This document shows, piece after piece, positions 55,634-64,000 of a stretch of 64,000 nucleotides of DNA; the first letter of the stretch is position 1, and each line of letters starts with the position of its first letter. The notes under the pieces were generated by a model that saw nothing but the letters and a program-made list of their open reading frames with translations, had not been told where the DNA came from and ran no database searches. The position numbers were made by a program, and so were the translations under genes. This stretch comes from Blastocladiella emersonii ATCC 22665 (Eukaryota; Fungi; Blastocladiomycota), in NCBI GenBank assembly GCA_025594325.1, contig JANHCV010000015.1, positions 806,001 through 870,000 on the forward strand, given 5' to 3'.

Positions 55634-56920
55634 TCACAACGAGGCAATAAAGTCAGGGCCCGAGATAGCAAAACGCGGTTCCAGGCCAGCGGCCGCGAGG
55701 TACTCGTCGTTCCAGAACTTGGACAGGTGCCGCGTTCCCGCGTCGCACAGCAGGGTGACGATACGGTGGCCGGGCCCGAGCTGCTTGGCGACGCGGACGG
55801 CGGCGACCACGTTGACGGCGGACGACGACCCGATGAACAGGCCGTCCTCGCGCATCAGGTACCGCGCCATGTCCACGGCCTCCTGGTCGGTGACACGCAC
55901 GGCGTCGTCGACACACGGCAGACCCTGGGCAAAGTTGCGCGTGAGGCGGTTGAGGCCGACACCCTCGACGACCGTGTCGACCTGGTGGCGGCGGCGCGTG
56001 CCCTCGGCGTCGGTGGGCGCGTACAGGATGCCGTGCTTGACCTTGTTGAAGAGGCCTGAGCCCTGCGGGTCGGCGAGCACGACGCGGAGGTCTGGGAGGC
56101 GCGGTTTCAGGTACCGCGCAACGCCCGCGAGGGTGCCCCCCGTGCCGGCGCCCATGACGAAGGCGTCGAGCTCGCCGCCCGTCTGGCGCCAGATCTCGGG
56201 GCCCGTGGTGGCGAGGTGCACGGCGTAGTTGTCGAGGTTCTCGAACTGGTTGGCGAACAGGCCGCTGCCTTTACGTTCCCGCGCGGCGTCCTCGGCGCGG
56301 CGCTGCGCGAGGTTCACAAAGTGGTCGCGGTCGATGATGGACACGGGCCGCACGCGCTCGACGGTCGCGCCGAGCCGCTCGAGCATCGCGACCTTGTCGA
56401 CGGCCACGTCGTCGGGCATGACGATGTGGCACCGGTACCCGAGCGCGCGGCACAGCAGCGCGAGCGAGATGCCCGTGGACCCGACGGTGCCCTCGAAGAC
56501 GGTGGCGCCCGAGTGCGGGACGAGGTCGCCGCGGCGCTCGGCCCGCCGCAGGATGCTCAGCGCCACACGGTCTTTGGACGAGCCGCCCGGGTTCATGAAC
56601 TCGGCCTTGCCGTAGATGTCGCAGCCCGTCGCGTCGGAAAGCGACTTGATGCGGATCAGCGGCGTGTTGCCGACCATGGCCACGACGCCGTCGCGCACCT
56701 CGAGGTCGAACGGCGGCACGTGGTGCGGGTCGGACGCGGGCAGCGGCGCGGGTTCATCGGTCTTGGGAGAGGCTCGCCGGCGGTGGTGGCGGTGCCGCGC
56801 GAGGCGAGGGTGGTGCCACGCCGAGGCGACGGCGAGCCCCGCAGCGAACGCGGTGGCGGCGGCGGCGACGGCGGCGACGGCAAGCGTCGTGGCGGCCGAG
56901 GAGGGTGCGGTGCGATCCAT
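55634..56920 (-). CDS. PLP-dependent cysteine synthase-like protein (fungal Cys12/Mcy1 type) with N-terminal hydrophobic anchor
   Basis: VGNTPLIRI, KAEFMNPGGSSKDR, GTVGSTG, GAGTGGT, EGVGLNRLTRNF and GSSSAVN motifs. Confidence 0.92.
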   Translation of the reverse strand: MDRTAPSSAATTLAVAAVAAAATAFAAGLAVASAWHHPRLARHRHHRRRASPKTDEPAPLPASDPHHVPPFDLEVRDGVVAMVGNTPLIRIKSLSDATGCDIYGKAEFMNPGGSSKDRVALSILRRAERRGDLVPHSGATVFEGTVGSTGISLALLCRALGYRCHIVMPDDVAVDKVAMLERLGATVERVRPVSIIDRDHFVNLAQRRAEDAARERKGSGLFANQFENLDNYAVHLATTGPEIWRQTGGELDAFVMGAGTGGTLAGVARYLKPRLPDLRVVLADPQGSGLFNKVKHGILYAPTDAEGTRRRHQVDTVVEGVGLNRLTRNFAQGLPCVDDAVRVTDQEAVDMARYLMREDGLFIGSSSAVNVVAAVRVAKQLGPGHRIVTLLCDAGTRHLSKFWNDEYLAAAGLEPRFAISGPDFIASL

Positions 56921-57623
56921 TGCAAGTTTGGGTTGGGTTTGAGGGAGAGAAAGGATGCGAGCGAAGGGGAGGAGAGGGGAGGATCCGCGATGGCGCGAGC
57001 GGCACGTGGGCGCGAGAGCAGCCCCCCTGGCGAGAGGCGGGAGACAGTCACGTGGGATAGCGTGGCCATGCTGCGCCATGCGTTCGCACGCGTCGCTTCG
57101 CGCCGCACCGTTGCTCTCCCGCTTGTTCCCCCTCATCTCCGAGAACGCGCTGCCGATCGCCGCCACTGCATGCATTGCGCCCGGCGCACGCGCCCGCGCC
57201 ACCCGCACCGCCCCCGCCTGTCCGCGAACGTGCCCGCGCCACCCGCCATCCTCCCCGCCGCGCGCCGACCCGCACCGCCTGGGCTCCCCCAGCACCCGCC
57301 GCGCTGCGATCGATCATCCCCGCCCGTGATTGCGCGCCGTGACGCGTCCTGACGCGCGTCTCGCGCCCCTCCTCCCACTCAAACAACCCCTAGCTCCCTT
57401 CCTTCCCCCGACCGCTTGACTCCCGCCCGCCGATCGCCCGCCCCCTCCCCCACGCCTGCGCCACCCGTTCGTGGACACCGACCGCCGACCGCCGACCGCC
57501 GCGGGCATGCTGCTCGGCGACTACCCACCCCTCCTCCACCTCCATCGCCGGCCACTGCTCCCGGCCGCCCCACCCCGCTCGCCACCACCAATACCCGCTC
57601 TCCTGTAATCAGCAACAACAACC

Positions 57624-60434
57624 ATGGACTGCGCCACCTGCCTCGAGACGTGCGACAGCCTCGTGTGCGGCCGCTGCCGCCACATCGAGTACGTTTCCCT
57701 GCACCCCTCGCCACCGACCTGCAACTCACATTCCTCCCACACATAGCCTCGCCCACCACCAGAAGCGCCTCGCCCAGATCCAGGCCTCCATCACCCGCCA
57801 GCGCGCCCTCGCCCAGGCCGCCGTCGCCAAGGCCGCGGGTGTCGCTGCTGCCTCCACCGCCGCGGGCGCGCCGCCGCCCGATACCAATGCCGCTGCGCCA
57901 TCGCCGGCCCGCCGCGGGTCGAGCCGCGTCCAGCAAATCGCCACGGCCCTCGCGCCCACCAACCGCGTCGCCGACGTCCGCGCCCGCGTCGAGTCGCTCC
58001 GCGCCCTCAGGGACTCGCGCGCCGCTCGTGTTACCCAAGGTACGCTCTCGTCCCCATTCTCGCCATCCCACTCCTGCTAACACCCCCTCACTGCGTTCCA
58101 GTCAAGGCCGAGATCCACGCCACCCGCACCGCCTCCCGCCAGCGCCGCGCCGCCCTGCACACGGCCCAGGCCGACTCGCGCGCTGCCCGCACCAAGCACT
58201 CGGCCCTCGTCGGCCAGCAGATCCGCGCCGCGAAGGCCCAGCTCGCCCTCGTCACCGAGTCCAACACCAGCGCCCGCCGCATCCTCGTCACCACCGTCCT
58301 CGCCATCTTCGGTCTCGCTCCCAACACCCCCAAACCCTACACGATCCACGGCCTGCCCGTCCCCGGCGACCTCGACTTCCACGCCGTCGACCCGCGCGCC
58401 GCCAACACGGCCCTCGGCCACCTCGTCCACCTCGTCAACCTCCTCGCCGTCTACACCCACGCTCCGCTCCCCTACGACCTCGTCTTCCGCCTCAGCGCGT
58501 GTGTCGTCGACGCCCACTTTCTCCCCTCGCGCGACCCGTCCCACCCGTTCTTGCCTCCCTCCCCCAACGACCTCGCCGACCGCTCCGAGTTCCCCCTCGC
58601 CGTCGATAACGTCGACGCAAAGGAAATGGGCATCGCGCTCTCCATGCTCTACTTCCAGCTCGCCTCGCTCGCCGCCACCTACGGCGTCGCGCCGCGCACC
58701 AAGCGGATCCGCGTCACCTCGGGTCCCGACTCTACGGCGGCCGCGGGTAAAGGCGCACCCGCTGCTGCTGCCGCCGCGCCGACAAAACGCGTCCTCGCCG
58801 AACTCGACCCGCTCGCCCTCCTCGTCGCCCTCGGCCGCGCCATCTGCACCGCCGACCCGCACGCCCCCGTCGCGCCCACCACCCCGCCCTCGTTCCGCGC
58901 CATCTTCCGCCGCATCACGCGACGCATCTACAAGCAGGACGCCGACCTCGGGTTCGGCATCATCGACGCCTACTCGGGCCTCGACGGCACGTCCGCGCGC
59001 CGCGCTGGGTCTGCGCCGAATGTCGCGGGTGGGGAGGGTGGGGTCGGTGGCGAGGACGGGGCTCGTGCGGTAAATCATCACCATCCGCTCACTGAGACGG
59101 GGATCCTCGTCATGCCGCCGCCGACTTCGGGTGCCGCATCGTCCTCGTCGTCGGCGCGGGCTAGAGCAGCGGCGGCGGGATACCCGCCATCGTCGTCAGT
59201 CGCGCAGCGCCGGTTCCGCCCCGCCGCCATGGACGCGACCATGGTCGCCGACAGCGTGCGGTTCGATCGCCTCGACGACAACGACGATGATGACGATGAC
59301 GACGACGACGATGATGAAGAACTCGCCGCGGCGTATGGCGAGTCGGACTCGGACGACGACCTCCCGCCCAACAACGCCACCCGCGCCGCCAACTCGCGCA
59401 AGTCGCCCGGATCCGCCCGCGCCCCGCTCGACCCGTACTCGCTCGTCGAGTCCGTCGCGCGCCTCAGCATCCGCGACGGCCCGCAGCAACAGCAGCCCTC
59501 CGTTGCGCGGTCCACGCTGTCCTCGGAGAGCCTCCTGACGCTGCGCGACGGGTGGCCGCCGTCCCGCGACTCGCTCGAGCTCATCAACCCGGGCGCGCCC
59601 GTTTTGGGGGAGTCGCGGGCCGCGTCCAATGCGCAGCTCGCTCCCGCACCCGCGCCCACTGCTCCTGCGCCGCAGCCCGTTCCAGATGGCGATGATGACG
59701 AGTGGGAGCTCGACTTTGATGCGGCCCCGCCTGCCGCTGGCGAGACCGCGGGCATGGTCCTCCCGAGCCCGCTCGACCGCCTGCGCAACCGGTCGGCGCG
59801 GTCCAGCGGCGGCGCTATGCGTCGAAGACACGCCGCGGGGTCGGGATCCAGCGACGCCCTCGCGCCGCCGCAGCCGCCGCTCGACCCGCTCGCCGACGGC
59901 GCCGTCGCCATGATGGCCTCGGTCTCGCACCTCCCGTGGCTCCCGCCCGAACCCGAGCCTGATCCTGTCGTCCGCGCTGCCGCCGACCCGGTCCCCGCCG
60001 CGGCCCGGCCGCCCGCGTCCGCCTACTACACGGACCCGCTCGCGCAGCAGCAGCCCGAGCTCCTGTCGAGCCTGTGGGACTGGGGGAAACGCGTCGTCCG
60101 CGCATCGCTCAGTACCGCAGCCGCCGCGGCGGCGGTCGCGGCGACGGTGCCTGCACCCCCGCCGCCGGCGCAGGCGCCAAGGGCCCCCGCCACGGCCGGG
60201 GCAGAGTACCGCGTCATCTCCCGCGACGACTTCCGGTCCGCCATGTCGGATGCCGCGCGCGCGCCGAGGGTCCAGGTCCCGCCACCGCCGCCCGCGAGCG
60301 CGTCGTCCTCGGCAGCGACAACAAGGGCGCCGCGGCGTGGTTCCGCGCCGACCGCGTTGTCCAGGCCCACCCGGCTCGTCACGAGCACGCTCGAGGGCGA
60401 CGCACCACTGGCGGGACCGCGCACGGCGCGGTGA
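57624..60434 (+). CDS. ATG14/UVRAG(Vps38)-family PI3K complex subunit
   Basis: N-terminal CxxC..CxxC (CATCLETCDSLVCGRC), coiled coil, NTALGHLVHLVNLLAVYTHAPLPY, MGIALSMLYFQLASL; two introns near 57690 and 58040-58101. Confidence 0.75.
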
Positions 60435-61005
60435 CCGAGTCGGCCAATTTCAACCGTTTGACTTTCCTCCTTGCACATTGCTGCTGCTTCCCGATTCCCC
60501 CTCGCCCTTCTCTCTCGCCTCGCGCGCGCCCGATCTTTACTGTATTTATTCCCGCCCCCCTCGGACGCGCCTCTCCCTCCCCTCCTCGCCTCTCGCCTTG
60601 CATGTACCCCTACCCTACCCTACCCTGCCCCTCGTTCCTTGCTCGCTCGGCGCCGCTGAGTGCGGTGGCCGCTCGTCGTCGTCGTTTGATACACACACGG
60701 TTTGGTGGCCCGCGTTCGCGGGTCGTTTCTGTCAACGATCGTTTACGTGTCAATCTTGAGTGCCGAAGTGCCTCTGCGTTATGCGCGGGTAAAGCGAGCC
60801 TGTTGCTGCCTGCCACGGAGCGAGAAAGGACGAGTAATTGCGCGACTCAAAACACGTGGGTGGCGCAGCGCGAAAGGCTTGCCCGCTGATCGACAGACGT
60901 AGCGGTGGGTGTGGAGTCCCACAACCGAACTTTTGAGCAATATACACAGCGCTTTAAATCGACGCACAAAAAAAGAAGCACTCGTCATCATCGATCACCC
61001 ACAGA

Positions 61006-62028
61006 TCAGAACAGCCCTGACGCCTGGCGATAGCTCGCGTCAAGCTCGATCGGGTGCACCCAGTGGCCGGAGTCGATCCATTCTAGTAGTTTGGCCTGGC
61101 GCTCGTGGTTACTGGCTGATTGCACGTTGGTTTCGTCGAGTTCTTCGCTTGAGCACATGTCCACTGAGTCGAGGGTCACTTTGAGGTGGTGGAACGCGAC
61201 GTAGACGAGGAGGAGCGAGTCGCGCATCTCTCGAAGCTCCCTATAGATCGAAGATAACGAAGGTTAGGAGCGGTCGATGCGGTCGTGTCCAACGTCATGA
61301 CCGTACTTGAGCACCAGGGAAAGATTGTCGCGGTCGCGTCGATCGCCCCAGCCACCAAGGAACAACATCGTAGGTACTGCAGCGGCCACGAAAAGCGGAA
61401 TTGCGATAGAAGCACCAATAGCCGTCACCAAGGAGCTTTGAACAAGTGCAGGCGCGTAAATCGAACTTGCGAACACGCCAACACCAAGAGCGCCAACTTG
61501 AACAAGTTGTTTCTTGTCTAGCCGGTTCAGCTTCGCCAACGCTGCGTCAGGGTCGATACCAGTCAGGAGGTCGCAAATAGCATCGATTGATAGCTTGACA
61601 GCGGCCTTTCCTTGGATGGTAGGAGCAGACAAGATGGGTGCTAGATACTTTCGAGCGTGCTCAATCGCCCCACGGATCAAAACGCATTGGCGGACAAGGA
61701 CCTCGCCTCGTGCCACGATACTGGTCCGAGTTGGGACTGCGCTAAGGTATTCTTCATCGATTGGACGCGAGTGATCGCCCAGCACAGTGGCAAGGACTTC
61801 AGGCATAATCCAGTGCTCTGGTTTAGTCTGCGCGAGGTCCTTAGCAATGTCGTCCAAGCCAATCTTCCTGGCAACCTTTTCAAGGCCAAATTCGTCAAGC
61901 ATGTCGGATATCTGCGCAGTTGAGGTGGTCGGGACTTCGCCAAGCAAAAGCATCCGAGGTGAGTTGGTGGTCACCCACTCACGCATCGAGGTGGCAGTGA
62001 AGGGAAGCAGCTCAGTGTTGCAGTCCAT
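61006..62028 (-). CDS. orphan helical protein with Gly/Ala-rich hydrophobic hairpin
   Basis: An intron (~61243-61307, GTACGG..CTAAC..TAG) joins ORFs 61264-62133 and 61006-61227 in frame (LVLK|ELREMRDS); true start uncertain. Confidence 0.55.
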
Positions 62029-62676
62029 GTTAGTGAGAAGGTTGCATTGCAAGAAGTGAGTGATGCGGGAGAAGGAGCGGGGAGGGGCGGTGGGTCGCCT
62101 TTTAACCTCGATGGGCCGCGTTGAACAGTACAACTCGAGCGAGCCAGTGGACGTCGGCCACTTCCACCTTGTGGCGCTTCGGTTTCTCTAGTTTCTGTTC
62201 TAGTCTTATTGGCCTCTCCTCGTCTCTGTACTTTTCTCTTGCAGGTTCCAACGGCTTCTGTCTCCACTTAGAGGTAAATTAAGCGATCGGAATCAAACTG
62301 TTTTGCTTGTCGCGAGGAGAGGTGGAAATTTTGAGGGGGACCGCGTAGAGCGCGCGGTGATGGAAACTTTGATGTGATCAGTGGACGCTCGTCTCGTACT
62401 AGGACCAGGGTGCAAAACCCGTCAAGGCGCGGTCGACCATCGCGCGGAGCGGTCGGGCCGCGGAGCTGGGCTCTGCAAGCCTTGTTTTGACTCGTCTGAG
62501 AATAATATACTTTGCCTTGTCATTTGACGCGTGAATCTAGCGTGAGAGAATAATATCCGGCTTAATGGGGAATGTAGCGTATCCCGATGATGCCGATTTG
62601 GTCACCTGATGTTCGGATGACCCTAGCAGCTCCCGCTCAGGCGTTCGACGACGAACATTCGAAGAAAGACTGTCCC

Positions 62677-64000
62677 GCTCTCGCTCTCGAGCTTTACCCA
62701 TACTCCATGCAAAACAGATGAAGAAAAAGTCCAAGACTACGGGCAAAGCGTCCCGCAGCGGCGGTTCTTCGTCCGCATCGCCTCTCCCGGCACCATCCTT
62801 TACGCCGACGGTCTCGGGCCCCGTGCTTCTCAGCAACGACTTATCGGACCCGTACTATCCTTATGGCCAGTCCTTGCCTAGCGACCTGCTCTTGTACCAC
62901 AATCCGCGCGACACGGATGAGCTCAACGTACTCGCTCTCCAGTGCGCCACTCTGCGCGACGTTGCGCATACGGTCGGCGAGGCCAAGCGCAAGTACGGCA
63001 CCGCGGACTTGAACTTTGTGCTGAGCAACACGCACCCCGAGGTCCTTGCGCGCGACTTGTTGGTGCTTCACGCGATTTCGAGCGGCAAATTTGCAGACGG
63101 TCGCGCTTCACCGCTGTTCATTGGCCAGCTCTACTTTTCGCTCCGACTCGATGTCGAGGCCCGCGCCTTCTGGGACAACCAAATGCGTTCCTGCCTCGCC
63201 GTCAACTGGAACCGCTCGACGGCCCGTATTCGTGTCACTGACGAGGCGACGCTTCGCGCGGTTCGTCGCTGCTGGGACTCGTGGCTCGCTTGCGATTTGA
63301 CGGTTGAGCAACTCTATGCAGACCGCGAAACGTACTACACAGGCGTGCGAAGTCCTACCGAATCCCGCAGCCATGCTCAGGTCGCTGTTGAACGGTATAC
63401 ACTCAACACCTTTGGTGCTGCTGAAAGGGCGGACCGGCTGCTTGCGGGCGATGCCTCCAACATTCAAGAAGGTTTGAAATTCTTCGTCACTGACGGCACA
63501 TGGTCAGCGAAGGCGGGAGGGACGGGGGATGGAAGTCATTCGACCTCTACCGTCAACGCGACCATGCTCCTTGTTTGCCCTGACGGCTCGCTTCGGTTTG
63601 CATCGCCATTCGGCCACTCGGTCTTGGACGTTGTCGATTTTCTCACCCCTCTCTTCAACGAGGAGGCTTTCAACGCAGTGGAGCAAGCTGGTGCTGCCCT
63701 CCTAGCCACGCTTGTGCCCGTTTTTGGTCCCGGGAGCGAGACGCGACGTACGGGCAAGTATCCACTCGTCACGGAGTGGGACAAGTCGGACGTGCTCCCG
63801 CTCTTCCAGGTCCGCATTGCTTTCTGCGCGGGCAACCAGCTCGCGGTGATGGAGTCGCTGGTTTCGCGCGAGCAGCGATTCCACGCCATCCACACGGGCT
63901 CGACCATGGAGACATGCGGGCTGCTCAACCTCCTTGTCCACGCTTCGCCGCTCCTTGCCAACAACGACGAAAATGTGCGCTCAGTCATTTACACCGCAAC
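62677..64000. repeat. inverted, apparently identical copy of 30919-32242
   Basis: Coordinate sum 94919 holds at both ends, so there is no net indel over 1324 bp. All mirrored ORF-track translations are identical (e.g. 63536-63988 vs 30931-31383). Confidence 0.95.
62718..64000 (+). CDS. DUF4470-like paralog P4 (5' part; runs off the window)
   Basis: ATG AAG AAA AAG at 62718 mirrors the P1 start at 32201; open to the window end. Confidence 0.8.
   Translation, partial: MKKKSKTTGKASRSGGSSSASPLPAPSFTPTVSGPVLLSNDLSDPYYPYGQSLPSDLLLYHNPRDTDELNVLALQCATLRDVAHTVGEAKRKYGTADLNFVLSNTHPEVLARDLLVLHAISSGKFADGRASPLFIGQLYFSLRLDVEARAFWDNQMRSCLAVNWNRSTARIRVTDEATLRAVRRCWDSWLACDLTVEQLYADRETYYTGVRSPTESRSHAQVAVERYTLNTFGAAERADRLLAGDASNIQEGLKFFVTDGTWSAKAGGTGDGSHSTSTVNATMLLVCPDGSLRFASPFGHSVLDVVDFLTPLFNEEAFNAVEQAGAALLATLVPVFGPGSETRRTGKYPLVTEWDKSDVLPLFQVRIAFCAGNQLAVMESLVSREQRFHAIHTGSTMETCGLLNLLVHASPLLANNDENVRSVIYTA

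Noticed and set aside
1-64000. tRNA, rRNA or other structured RNA genes
   Set aside because: None recognised by eye; tRNAscan-SE or Infernal would be needed to exclude them.

Overview
High-GC eukaryotic DNA with short (about 55-90 nt) GT..CTGAC..AG introns. The gene set and style suggest an early-diverging fungus (Blastocladiomycota/Allomyces-like); this is an inference. Core genes: a bHLH factor running off the left edge, TPT1, COG3, DBP3, COX11, an ACSF4/AASDH-like adenylation-carrier-PQQ protein, a MAPEG protein, a cysteine synthase-like enzyme and an ATG14/UVRAG-family gene. Two accessory tracts are interleaved with them. (1) About 4.2-15.3 kb holds orphan coiled-coil genes and two segments bounded by the same paired inverted/hairpin ends, one carrying a truncated 3'-5' exonuclease gene. 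(2) About 28.8-44 kb is a decaying tandem array of DUF4470-like genes and G/N/W-rich genes, with a PIF/Harbinger transposon (TAA target duplication) inserted in one copy; an inverted, apparently identical copy of part of the array lies at the right edge. The most striking feature is a ~1,699-aa membrane protein at 44556-49853 (minus). It fuses an extracellular heme-peroxidase domain, a DOMON heme domain, cytochrome b561, cytochrome b5 and an FAD/NAD(P)H reductase with an SH3-like insert. This reads as a self-contained trans-membrane electron chain that parallels DUOX but uses different modules. No database searches were run; all family calls rest on recognised motifs.
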